A DNA stretch of 64,000 nt from a virus, in the IMG/VR virus record IMGVR_UViG_3300031999_000005, positions 39,757 to 103,756 of that record; one strand, written 5' to 3'. Numbering within the stretch: the first letter of the stretch is position 1; each line of letters opens with the position of its first letter. The notes below the pieces were generated by a model, which was not told the DNA's origin, searched no databases, and saw only the letters and a program-made list of their open reading frames with translations. Position numbers and translations under genes: made by a program. This document shows, piece by piece, positions 25,225-34,846 of the stretch.

Positions 25225-25686
25225 ATGGCAGTGACTATCACCAAAGTCGCAGATGGCGAGTGGTCTATCGGCAATAAAATCGGCGTGATCGTAGACCTTT
25301 CAGCGATCACCTACGTTTCTAGCGGGGTGCCAATTGCTGCCGGGGATGTGGGTCTGGGAAAGATTCTCGGGGCACAGATTCTCGGAGGCAGCGCTACTGC
25401 TGCGCTCTTAAATTGGTTTTGGGACTCCACCAATCTCAAGTTGATGGCGTTCTTCCCGACTGGAGGCGCGTCAACGCCGGGCACGTTGATTGCTCCTGTG
25501 CTTACTGCATCGTCAGTTACAGGAAATTGTACCGCTGGCGGGCAGACGGCCTCGTCAGTCGATGCTACGACGCCGACCATCGCCGGTACCGCAGTAGCTC
25601 AAGCGCTGGTGGCCGGTGTGGGCAAGGAATCTGGGGCCATCGCCCTCACCAACTGCACGGTGCGGGTGATGTTCATTGGTTACTAA
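25225..25686 (+). CDS. putative head structural protein B2
   Basis: 153 aa, highly similar to B1. Confidence 0.6.
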   Translation: MAVTITKVADGEWSIGNKIGVIVDLSAITYVSSGVPIAAGDVGLGKILGAQILGGSATAALLNWFWDSTNLKLMAFFPTGGASTPGTLIAPVLTASSVTGNCTAGGQTASSVDATTPTIAGTAVAQALVAGVGKESGAIALTNCTVRVMFIGY

Positions 25687-25769
25687 ACCGCCGGGGAGAT
25701 GAAGGCAGGGAATTGAGGCAGGCGCAGGTCGATGGGCCTGTCCTGCCTCTCTGCTTGTTAGGGTGAAAA

Positions 25770-27011
25770 ATGGGCGGAATCCTAATCCAGCCGCGTGCTA
25801 CCAGCCCGACCACGGTGCTGACGGCCTACAACGGCACAGGGCCAGCACCGGTGTTGACCTTTACTGGAGCCTACGCCACCACAGTGCTCTTGCAGGTAAC
25901 CACGGGCGGGCTGGGGGACGGTACCGCCAAATTCAAGTGGAAGACGATCACCGGATCGGCCTGGACAACCGGCGTGTCAAGCGCGGTGGGAGTGCTGCTT
26001 GGGACCACCGGCCTGACACTTGATTGGGACCCCGGACAAACCTATATCGTAAATGATGCCTGGAGCATTGTCTGCACGCCGGGAGTGGCCGGGAACGTAG
26101 TCGCGCAATCGACCTTTGCTCAGATGGCTGGCGAGATTCAGCGGTGGAATCCAGAGGTGGACAACCTGCTGGCGAGACGTTGGTTGAACAACGTCTACCG
26201 AAGGATCGTTGACTCGCGGAACTGGTATGGGATGCTGCTCAGGGGGCAATTAACCGTTCCAGCGATCTACACCACGGGCACAGTTGCGGTGACGGTCGGC
26301 TACAACACGGTGACCGGGACAGGGACGGCATGGGATGCCAGTTTCATCGGACGGCAATTCCGCTCTGGCTACACGCAGAGTCCAATCGCAACCATTACTA
26401 ATGTAGCTGATGCAACGCACTTGACGCTGGAGGCGGTGTGGGGTGGGACCTCTTACACTTCGACGGGCTACCAGATTTTCCAGTCAATCGTGAATTTTGG
26501 AGCCAAGGTGAAGTTGCTGACGCAGATGATAAACCTGCGGCAGAACCGGCCCATGGAAGTGAATGTCCCACAGGCGTATCTGGATGCGCGAGATCCCTGG
26601 CGGTCGAGAATCGGTTGGGCAGAGGTGGCGGCCTGCTATCCAGCTTCTGTTGACGGTATCACTCAATGGGAGTTGTGGCCGATCCCGGTTTCGCAGCAGA
26701 CCTTCCCTTACCGGGCTTATGTGCAGCCGCCGGACCTGTCGGCCAATTCCGATGTTCCGTATCCATTCATCCGTTCCGACATCCTTGTCTACGGGGCCAT
26801 CCCGTTCGCATTGCTGCACGGCGGACTCAAGAGCAAGTATTACGACCCGGTGACAGCGAAGATGTTCATGGGGATGTTTGCCGCCGAGATGATGAAGCTG
26901 GAACTGAAGGACAACGACTACTTCCAGAAAGACGGGCAATGGGATTGGAACCGTGGTGCGACAGCGGGGGCGGGGATGTACGCGCAGATGACTGACGTGT
27001 CAGGAGGGTGA
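25770..27011 (+). CDS. head-tail adaptor-like protein with added beta domains
   Basis: TFAQM..EI...RRWLNNVY..I / ELWPIP / DILVYGA adaptor core, with inserted GTVAVT..VTGTGTAW domain. Confidence 0.65.
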   Translation: MGGILIQPRATSPTTVLTAYNGTGPAPVLTFTGAYATTVLLQVTTGGLGDGTAKFKWKTITGSAWTTGVSSAVGVLLGTTGLTLDWDPGQTYIVNDAWSIVCTPGVAGNVVAQSTFAQMAGEIQRWNPEVDNLLARRWLNNVYRRIVDSRNWYGMLLRGQLTVPAIYTTGTVAVTVGYNTVTGTGTAWDASFIGRQFRSGYTQSPIATITNVADATHLTLEAVWGGTSYTSTGYQIFQSIVNFGAKVKLLTQMINLRQNRPMEVNVPQAYLDARDPWRSRIGWAEVAACYPASVDGITQWELWPIPVSQQTFPYRAYVQPPDLSANSDVPYPFIRSDILVYGAIPFALLHGGLKSKYYDPVTAKMFMGMFAAEMMKLELKDNDYFQKDGQWDWNRGATAGAGMYAQMTDVSGG

Positions 27012-27013
27012 CG

Positions 27014-27304
27014 ATGGAGTGCGCGAACGGGCACGAATTTGACGGGGTGGGGCGAGTCATCATGGAAGGTGAACACAAGGGGAAGGTCGTTTGCCGCCAG
27101 TGTGACCACGGCAGGGGGCCGGTACTTCACCGGAAGGCAGTGTTCCCCTTCACAACCACCAACGTCGCTGACCGTCCGGGTGTGCCGATAACGTTTGAGA
27201 ACATCTACCAACTCCGCAAGGCTGAGGCAAAATTCGGCATCCAGAGCCACTGTTTCAACGTCGATCAAGCTCATTGGGATGATCCAAAAAGCAAGAGAGT
27301 ATGA
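27014..27304 (+). CDS. small Zn-binding hypothetical protein
   Basis: CANGH...CRQC; AGGAGG RBS. Confidence 0.55.
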   Translation: MECANGHEFDGVGRVIMEGEHKGKVVCRQCDHGRGPVLHRKAVFPFTTTNVADRPGVPITFENIYQLRKAEAKFGIQSHCFNVDQAHWDDPKSKRV

Positions 27305-27517
27305 CTTCGCCCGATAGGGCAGAAAGGAGACAGGCCGTGAAAAAGGAAAGCAAGGTAGAGGAACGGCAGGAAGTCCGCGAAGAAATCTTGAAGCGCAAGA
27401 AAGAGCGCAAGGGCGGCCAGCGTTGTAGCAGCAGGTAGAGGGAGGTGATCCCGAACATCTCGGGGGCGCTCGGGATGCTGGGCGCCTCACGTCCAAATTT
27501 GGATGTTGGAGGAGACT

Positions 27518-27679
27518 ATGAAAAAAGACCAAGAGTTCCCAAGGCAAGAGCGATTCACGCGACCGGGGGAAGACATGGCAACAAACACCAAGCCAACCGG
27601 CGTGCCTGTGCCCAATCCAGTGCAGACATGGGACGCGGACAAGGGCACATTTGTGAAGGAGTTCGGGAGGAAGAGGTAA
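27518..27679 (+). CDS. 53-aa hypothetical protein (not in ORF track)
   Basis: GGAGGAG RBS directly after palindrome copy 27489-27506. Confidence 0.5.
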   Translation: MKKDQEFPRQERFTRPGEDMATNTKPTGVPVPNPVQTWDADKGTFVKEFGRKR

Positions 27680-27682
27680 ACC

Positions 27683-28054
27683 ATGCCATCAGCCCAACTT
27701 GTACTCACGTCGAAATACACAAACTACTGCCTCTGGACGCTCATCAAGGCGTATAACCCCTTGGCACCGGCTGCGCAGCCGGTTGAGTATTCCGGAGCCG
27801 GGCCATGCGTGCGGTCGCTTGTGATAACGAACGATCCCGGCATGGGGGCAGGGAAACTGTTTGTCGGGGATGTAAACATGGGCACCGGGGTCGCCCACGC
27901 TGGCCGAGCAACCGGTTACGCTCAAGAACTTTCCTTCGGAGGCAAGCAGGAATGGTTTTCAGGCAACGACCTGAACAACATTCCCTTGCAAGACAAATGG
28001 GTCCAGACGGACACGGATGGCCTGGTGATTGATGTCGGGTGGGACTACAACTAG
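27683..28054 (+). CDS. putative structural protein
   Basis: Beta-rich ORF in the virion module. Confidence 0.55.
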   Translation: MPSAQLVLTSKYTNYCLWTLIKAYNPLAPAAQPVEYSGAGPCVRSLVITNDPGMGAGKLFVGDVNMGTGVAHAGRATGYAQELSFGGKQEWFSGNDLNNIPLQDKWVQTDTDGLVIDVGWDYN

Positions 28055-28062
28055 GGGGTACC

Positions 28063-29376
28063 ATGAAGAAACTGCTGATTCTCTTTGTTCTGCTGTTTGC
28101 CCTGCATGGGCAGGCGCAGAACGTCATTAACGCCGACTGCTCGATCACCCTGACTGTCACGGCGGCAGGGAGTTCCGTTGCTTTCGATAACCGGAGGATC
28201 GCCTGCACGACCTGGCACATGGCCTACATGAGCACCGGGTTTACAGCAGTGTCGATGCAACTGGACTATTCAGCCGATAACGCCGGGGTACCGGCCGCAT
28301 GGACGGTCTGGCCAGCGGCTGATATTGCGGTGGGTGCGCTGCCTCTGACGGTTACGACCGAAACTCAGATCACGGGGTACAAGTACCATCCATGGGTGAG
28401 GATCACGCTCAATTCCAAAACTGGAACAGGCACAGTGCGGGCGCTGGCCTATGGCTACAAGCCGTGGTCAGGTTTTGATTCCAGTTTTGGTGGGGCGGTG
28501 CTGGTTGACTTGGCGAAAATCGGCGGAACAGCAGTCCCGTCCACCACCATCGGGACCGTCGCCGCAGCCGGAGAAAATACCGCGCAGTGGATCAAGACAT
28601 ACTCTGCGGTTGGGGCTATCGACAGTGCCGCCGGGGCAGGATCAAAGTTGGTTCCACTTACCGTGGTTTCTACAGCGAAGCCCAATCTAAAGGCGGATGT
28701 ATCCAGCATGGGCGGGACTGATGTGCCCTCTACCGCAGTGAGCACGGCAACGGGTGCGAAGGCTGAAAACGTGGCGAACTGGATTCATGCCTTGGCTGCG
28801 ATTTCTGGGCAAGATCTAGCTGCTGCTGCGGGTTCGCAGCAGGCCCCGGTTGGGGTTGTGGCACCGAATGCTACCCATGATGAGAGGCTGGTCAACCGTT
28901 TGAAGACGCACGCAATTGTGGCTGCATTGGACACGACGCTGGGAGTGGGTTCGCAAGAAGTCCCGATTAACGCAGTGTCAACCCTGCCCGCTGGGACGGA
29001 AACCGGATTGATTACTCGCAACATTCCCGCTGTTGTTGCCAATTCCTTCGTGGCACAAAACGGTTTAGGCAGCACAGCGGTCTTGAATGCTGCTTGGCTG
29101 GCACCACTGAATCATTCCTTCCAGATCAACGTAACTATCACGGCGAAGACTCTGACGGCTTGCACCTATTCCATTTACGGTTCCCTGGACGGAACAACCT
29201 TCGACACCGCACCATTGGCCGACGCCCAGGACTGTTCAGCGGCGGCGACTAAGGCTGTTCTATTCTCGGTCGTCGGCAAGAGGGTCAAATATGTGAAGGG
29301 GACGATTTCGGCCTGGACGGAGGGTGGCGCGGGTGCGGCTCCGGCAGTCCAACTACTGTACTCGGGGGGGAACTGA
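28063..29376 (+). CDS. signal-peptide-bearing beta-rich virion/fibre protein
   Basis: MKKLLILFVLLFALHGQA-Q; T/A/G/V-rich; 4 Cys. Confidence 0.7.
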   Translation: MKKLLILFVLLFALHGQAQNVINADCSITLTVTAAGSSVAFDNRRIACTTWHMAYMSTGFTAVSMQLDYSADNAGVPAAWTVWPAADIAVGALPLTVTTETQITGYKYHPWVRITLNSKTGTGTVRALAYGYKPWSGFDSSFGGAVLVDLAKIGGTAVPSTTIGTVAAAGENTAQWIKTYSAVGAIDSAAGAGSKLVPLTVVSTAKPNLKADVSSMGGTDVPSTAVSTATGAKAENVANWIHALAAISGQDLAAAAGSQQAPVGVVAPNATHDERLVNRLKTHAIVAALDTTLGVGSQEVPINAVSTLPAGTETGLITRNIPAVVANSFVAQNGLGSTAVLNAAWLAPLNHSFQINVTITAKTLTACTYSIYGSLDGTTFDTAPLADAQDCSAAATKAVLFSVVGKRVKYVKGTISAWTEGGAGAAPAVQLLYSGGN

Positions 29377-32171
29377 TGAAACGGTTACTGATTCTCGCAC
29401 TTCTTGTTGGCATGGGGGCGCTGGCCCAAGAACCTACGCCGGTCTATAACGGCCCGATAGTGATTCGTGGCGGGACGACCCCCCTGACTGTCATCAAGAA
29501 CTCGGATTTCCGTGGGACGCATACCCAGACCGGGAACGTTGTGATTACCCCATTGGCGGCCCCAGGAGCGCCTACAGTGACCCCGACGCCGGGTGGTGGG
29601 GCTACGACCTGGGGTTATAAGGTGGTGGCCTGCCTGGACGCGCTTTGTACGGCGCACACCACGGCGAGCGTTGAAACTGACGATGTAACTGGTGGTGCGG
29701 ACTTGCTTGCGGACGGCAGCGTGAAGGAAACAGTTTCCTGGGCAGCCGTTACTGGGGCGCTGTTCTACAATCTGCGCCGGATTGCTTGGGGCGGGACATG
29801 TCGCGGAATCGCCTGCGTTGGTGGGTCAATCGGAATTACCACGCTTACCAACTTTGAAGACACCGGCCAAGTCGGAGATGCGACAACCACACCGCTCACG
29901 AACACGACTGGGACGTTGACGCTTCCCGCCATGACTGCGGGGTCTGTTCCGTTCTTCGGTGCGGGTGGCTTACTTTCGGAAGCTAATAGCAACTTTTACT
30001 GGGACAGCACGAATAAGCAACTGCAAATCACCGCGAATCCTTCCAGTACAAACACCATCCTTGACGTTCTGAAATTGACGCGGAGTACCACCGGCACCGC
30101 CGGCAACGGCATCGGTACCGGCCTTGTCCTGTACGCCGAAGACGCCAGCGGGAATATCGAGGAGGCGGGGAGGTTTCAGGCCAGCTTCCCGAATGCTACG
30201 CACGCTACGCAAACCGGTCGCGTGGATATTACCGCAATGGGTGCGGCGGCGGGCGTTAGCGTGCAGTCGGATGGCCAGGTGGCGGTTCGACCATCAGGGG
30301 CGGCTTTAGCTCGTCTGCACGTCGAGCCTGCGGCGGGGTTGCAAGGGGCGATTATCAACGAGAATGGCGCGGCGTTAGCGACAGGGGGACTCATTGGCGG
30401 TTCTCCAGCCCTGCTTACTCTGGAAGCGGGGTCCGCAAGTCCGTACTACCAACTTGGATATATCATTGATGGAGTTGGAAGCATCGCTAACTATCAAGTC
30501 CTCGACGGGAACTATCTTCAGTTCGACCACTCTAACTCCGCCGGATCGCCAACAGGAAGCAATTGGCTCGACAGCTATGGGGGTCATGGATACCAAAGTT
30601 ATACCAGTGATTCCTGGACCTTATACCGGCGCACGGATACCTACAGCGGCCTCGGCAAGTGGACGGACGGTACGGTCTCGACGAACAACCCGTTACCGCT
30701 TATCAACGTCTTCGACGCCGGTACGGTTCGCATCTCCTCGCCGTCCACGCTTGGCGGCGAATCGCTGAACGAGACGGCGTTCACCACCCACGCCAAGTGG
30801 GATACCACCGGAGACTTCAACGATACCGCAGGCAATGCCAAGTATACCCACAATACCGGCGTGGGGACGTTGACTCAGACCGCAGTAAATATGCTTGCAG
30901 CCGGGGCCGCTAATCGCTTCTATCGCTTCCCCTACCTAATATCCGGCTTGTCCGGCGACGTGGCCTGCTCAATTACTACGACGTTCGCAGCGGAAGCAAC
31001 GCCATTGAACCTGACCGCAGGCGCACAGACCACTGACTTCTTGTCTGCCGCTGCGCCAGGGAGCTTCGTCATTTCTTGTACCTCAACCGTTGCCGGCGGC
31101 GTGACGCTGGACGATGTGAGCTTGAAGCCGGTCGCTGGCGGTGACTTGATCGTTGATGGCAAGGTCGGCATCGGGACGGCGGCGCCAGCCGAGAAACATC
31201 ATGTCTACAACGGCAATTCTCGTATCGACTACGGGCACTTGAGGTTCATCTCCGAGGCCACGCCGGGAGCGCCAACCTCGAATGCTCCTACCGCTGGCGG
31301 TTCATGTACGGCAGGTACGCACGTCTTCGTAACGACCTTCGTGACTGCGAATGGCGAGACGCAATACGGAGCAGCCAGCGCCGCACAGACTTGCGGAGCG
31401 AATGCTACTGTGCCGTTGAGTGCCATTCCTACTGGCACTTCTGGCGTGACCACGGGCCGGAACATCTGCGCGTCGAAAGCCGGAACCACCACGCCGTTAT
31501 ACCAAGTCGGTGCATCGCCCACGATTGCGGATAACAGCACCACCACTTACAATTTTGTCACCGCAGACGGTTCGCTGACCGTGGCGTGCAATGCGACGGA
31601 CACCACTACCGGCGGGATTTGGGTGGATGGGACGCAGAAGGTATGGATTGATTCGGCAACGGGTTTTCTCGGCATTGGCGGCGCTCCGTATGCGGGATAT
31701 ACTACTGTACTTACCCCGTTGTACGTGAGTTCAATTTCCTATTTAGGGGGTGCCGTCTCGCTGGGAGGGGGCATCGGAACCTATAAGGCCATCGCCACCG
31801 TCTCCAACGGCATCCCCGCAATCTACGGCACGGTGGACCTGACCGCGCAGACCTCTGCAATCGGCGCAACCACGATTTACGCGAACCCTGCAACCACGGG
31901 CCAGTACCGCGTCTGTTACCTTGCGCTCACCAAGAAGGCCGGGGATGCGGTGAACCTGGCTGTGCAACTCTCGTTCACCACTCCTGACGACAGCAGCACA
32001 GCGCAGAGTATCGCCAGCGCGAACGTAGCGATCAACACGGTTGGCGCGTACACGCAGGGGTGCCCTACTATCGTTGCCAAAGCATCCACCAATATCCAAT
32101 ATGCAACGACGTTAAGCGGAGGCATCGGCGCTGGCGAGTACAGTTTGTGGATCAAGGTGGAGAAATTGTAA
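29376..32171 (+). CDS. signal-peptide-bearing tail fibre-like protein
   Basis: MKRLLILALLVGMGALA-Q; fibre motifs GSVPFFGAGG.L...NSNFYWD and GKVGIGTAAP; 12 Cys. Confidence 0.75.
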   Translation: MKRLLILALLVGMGALAQEPTPVYNGPIVIRGGTTPLTVIKNSDFRGTHTQTGNVVITPLAAPGAPTVTPTPGGGATTWGYKVVACLDALCTAHTTASVETDDVTGGADLLADGSVKETVSWAAVTGALFYNLRRIAWGGTCRGIACVGGSIGITTLTNFEDTGQVGDATTTPLTNTTGTLTLPAMTAGSVPFFGAGGLLSEANSNFYWDSTNKQLQITANPSSTNTILDVLKLTRSTTGTAGNGIGTGLVLYAEDASGNIEEAGRFQASFPNATHATQTGRVDITAMGAAAGVSVQSDGQVAVRPSGAALARLHVEPAAGLQGAIINENGAALATGGLIGGSPALLTLEAGSASPYYQLGYIIDGVGSIANYQVLDGNYLQFDHSNSAGSPTGSNWLDSYGGHGYQSYTSDSWTLYRRTDTYSGLGKWTDGTVSTNNPLPLINVFDAGTVRISSPSTLGGESLNETAFTTHAKWDTTGDFNDTAGNAKYTHNTGVGTLTQTAVNMLAAGAANRFYRFPYLISGLSGDVACSITTTFAAEATPLNLTAGAQTTDFLSAAAPGSFVISCTSTVAGGVTLDDVSLKPVAGGDLIVDGKVGIGTAAPAEKHHVYNGNSRIDYGHLRFISEATPGAPTSNAPTAGGSCTAGTHVFVTTFVTANGETQYGAASAAQTCGANATVPLSAIPTGTSGVTTGRNICASKAGTTTPLYQVGASPTIADNSTTTYNFVTADGSLTVACNATDTTTGGIWVDGTQKVWIDSATGFLGIGGAPYAGYTTVLTPLYVSSISYLGGAVSLGGGIGTYKAIATVSNGIPAIYGTVDLTAQTSAIGATTIYANPATTGQYRVCYLALTKKAGDAVNLAVQLSFTTPDDSSTAQSIASANVAINTVGAYTQGCPTIVAKASTNIQYATTLSGGIGAGEYSLWIKVEKL

Positions 32172-32184
32172 CAAGGAGGACGGC

Positions 32185-32565
32185 ATGAATAGGCTCTTGA
32201 AAGTTCTTATCGTCAGTGCCTTGGCGGTAGGCATTGCGGTCGCGCAGGATGCACCGCCGGTCTACACGTCTTTCCTGACAGGCGTGACGCTGACCAGCGT
32301 GCAGGCACAGTCAGTGGCGACGTTGGCCCAAACCCGTGACTCCGCCATTGCTTCGGCACAAACGCAGTCGGACGGAGCACTGGCTGAACTCAACATTCTG
32401 CTGGATGCCGCCGATCCTGACCTTGCCCGTATCGGGACGTTATCCCGACGGGTGCGGACGCTGGCTGCGCAGCAGAAACAGGCGTACACGCAGTTCCGGC
32501 GCGACGTGTGGCAACTGCTAACTCCAGCGCAGCGGGACGTACTACTGGCGCGATTGGGGTTTTAG
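32185..32565 (+). CDS. secreted Spy/CpxP-like (LTxxQ) helical protein
   Basis: Signal AVA-Q; LTSVQ and LLTPAQR motifs flanking a helical hairpin with DPDLARI. Confidence 0.7.
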   Translation: MNRLLKVLIVSALAVGIAVAQDAPPVYTSFLTGVTLTSVQAQSVATLAQTRDSAIASAQTQSDGALAELNILLDAADPDLARIGTLSRRVRTLAAQQKQAYTQFRRDVWQLLTPAQRDVLLARLGF

Positions 32566-32613
32566 ACCAGACCACGGCGCAGGTCGCCGTGATTGAGAAC
32601 ATATAAGGGTTTC

Positions 32614-33291
32614 ATGCTTCGCGTATTGACAATCTTCGTGCTTTTGTTCCTTGCAGGATGCGGCGGCAATCCACCAGTGGTCGTGATACCGCCAGTACCA
32701 CCGCCAGTGGTCGTGCCGGAGCCACCGCCGATTGTCGTTCCTGAGCCGCTGCCGATTGTCGCCCCACAACCCCCTCCGATGCCGGAGATACCCGATTGGA
32801 TTCTGGCGGACTATCCCGATGCTCGGCAGGTCTGGTTCGGAACGACTGCGGTGATGTACGTGAGCGGCGGATTCGCCCTGGACGACGTGCGGAAATACGT
32901 CAACACAGCATTGGCCGACACGCAGAAACTTCGGCCAGCGGCGAAATTGGAGGGCATGTTCGTCGTCAAGGAAATGCCGAACGATTGCCCGCGCAGTTCC
33001 GGGCCGGCCTTCTTCGCGGATGGCGTGATGGATTCTCGCGAAGTAGTTGGAATGCGCCAGTGGTATCCTCAGTCGTTTGTGAACAATCGGCCATGTGTCC
33101 ACGGCTATTTCGGGAGTCGCACGATTCCTCCGGTCATTTACGTGCCGACTGGTTTGCCCGAAGTCATCGAGCATGAGGTACTGCACGGTATCTGGTGGAG
33201 CAACTGGGTAGGCGAGAAGTGTGGAGGGGATTTCGTATGGGCTGTGGTTGAACATGGCGGGGCATGTGACCCGTTTTCGGGAGAGAAATGA
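32614..33291 (+). CDS. lipoprotein with Pro-rich linker and HExxH zinc-peptidase motif
   Basis: Lipobox LAGC; PPVVV repeats; IEHEVLHG. Confidence 0.7.
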   Translation: MLRVLTIFVLLFLAGCGGNPPVVVIPPVPPPVVVPEPPPIVVPEPLPIVAPQPPPMPEIPDWILADYPDARQVWFGTTAVMYVSGGFALDDVRKYVNTALADTQKLRPAAKLEGMFVVKEMPNDCPRSSGPAFFADGVMDSREVVGMRQWYPQSFVNNRPCVHGYFGSRTIPPVIYVPTGLPEVIEHEVLHGIWWSNWVGEKCGGDFVWAVVEHGGACDPFSGEK

Positions 33292-33956
33292 CCGTTTCAG
33301 ACCTAACCGATGAAGTTCTTCAAGCCCTTGAGGAAGACCCCGCCGCCCCTATTTTCTGGAATCTAGTGGATGAGGTACGTCCAGCGGTGGTAGAGGCTGC
33401 ACGGTGGGCCACGATTATCACTGGTGAACCGGAGTTGCGGGTTGCGCCAGCCTTCCCTCTGGCTGCCGACACCATGTTGTTCACCGTTCCCTCTTCTCTG
33501 ATTGCTCTGATTCGCGTGGAAAGCACCTCCGTAGTGCCCAAAAGCAGCCCATGGAAACTGGACCGGATGATCCCCGGCTGGCAGAACGAAATAGGGGATG
33601 ACCTGAAGGCTTGGTTCCCAGTGGGTCTAACGAAGTTCGGGATTTATCCGCGGCTGAATAACGCGATTGATGTGGCTCTCACGGGAATCGCTCTGCCGGT
33701 CACGACAGGGCGCCCGTACACAGGTTTTGAACCGTTGCCTTTCCAGGTGGAATACAGTCATGCCTTGCAACGCATGGGGGTTCACCTACTGCGGGTCAAG
33801 GAGAGTGGCCTGGAGTTTTACCAGAGCCTTGACGACCTGGATTCATTCCTGGATGCGATGGTAGACTTGGGCCGGTTCTCGTACCGGAAAGACAAGTTGC
33901 GATTCACGTCCGCATTTGGACCCAAGGCGGAAGTAAAACCGGTGGAGGCTCGCTAA
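33288..33956 (+). CDS. head-completion/adaptor-like protein
   Basis: MTVSDL...FW....EV...KLDRMIPGW...FGIYP pattern of podovirus adaptor-like proteins. Confidence 0.55.
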   Translation: MTVSDLTDEVLQALEEDPAAPIFWNLVDEVRPAVVEAARWATIITGEPELRVAPAFPLAADTMLFTVPSSLIALIRVESTSVVPKSSPWKLDRMIPGWQNEIGDDLKAWFPVGLTKFGIYPRLNNAIDVALTGIALPVTTGRPYTGFEPLPFQVEYSHALQRMGVHLLRVKESGLEFYQSLDDLDSFLDAMVDLGRFSYRKDKLRFTSAFGPKAEVKPVEAR

Positions 33957-34846
33957 TGAATGCCCGAGAGGTCCTTGAAGATTGCTCCTACATTCTGTTG
34001 CAGCCAATCGTGTCCACCATGCTGGTTGGGGCAGTGGCTGGAGCCGGCGTAGTTTCAGTGGCATTGGATTCGGCTGATTCTATCTACATTGGAGCGCAGT
34101 TGGTGGTGGATGTCGATGGGGCTAATGAAGAGGTGGTCACAGTGACGAATCTGTCGGGAACCACGATCACGGCGACCTTCCTTTATGCCCATGCCGCTGG
34201 GGTAACTGTGCGGGCGCCGACATTCCCCAAGGGGCAGATCACCCACCCTCTGTTTACCCAAGATGAGTTGCTCGGATATCTTCAGGATTCACAGAATGAA
34301 TTTCTGGCCGCAGTTGAGCCGGTGGTCTACATCCTTCCGTTGACTATCGGGCCGGCGGCATTTATCTACGATCAACCAGCCAACGTGATTGACGTGAAGC
34401 GGATTGAAGCGCGGGGTCAGGGGGTTGATGAAGAGAGCCAATCGCTACTGGACATGGACAACCCGCAGTGGATGTATGATACGCCCAGCGACCCGCCGGA
34501 CCATTGGTTCCGTGACCGGATGGATGTGAAGAAGATTGGGTTCCATCCGCTTCCAGCAAACACCGTGTCGGCCGGCATATGGGCTTCGTTATCCTATCCG
34601 ACCGCGCTGGCGCTGAACACCGTCCTGCTGGTCCCCGAACCCTTCTGCCATATCCTGAAATACGAGGTTCTGTCACACGTGTTCAAAAAGGACGGGGAAC
34701 AGAAAGACCCGATGCGAGCGAAGTATTGTAGCCGGATGTTCCGGGTGGGGATCATCGCTTCGCTGAAATTCATCATCGGGACGGGCCTACGGCAATTGGG
34801 CGAGTCTACGGAACTGCATCAGGGTATAGGGAGGTTCACATCATGA
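33956..34846 (+). CDS. adaptor-like protein with inserted beta domain
   Basis: FTQDELLGYL...LLDMDNPQW...P..F.H.L.Y core. Confidence 0.55.
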   Translation: MNAREVLEDCSYILLQPIVSTMLVGAVAGAGVVSVALDSADSIYIGAQLVVDVDGANEEVVTVTNLSGTTITATFLYAHAAGVTVRAPTFPKGQITHPLFTQDELLGYLQDSQNEFLAAVEPVVYILPLTIGPAAFIYDQPANVIDVKRIEARGQGVDEESQSLLDMDNPQWMYDTPSDPPDHWFRDRMDVKKIGFHPLPANTVSAGIWASLSYPTALALNTVLLVPEPFCHILKYEVLSHVFKKDGEQKDPMRAKYCSRMFRVGIIASLKFIIGTGLRQLGESTELHQGIGRFTS

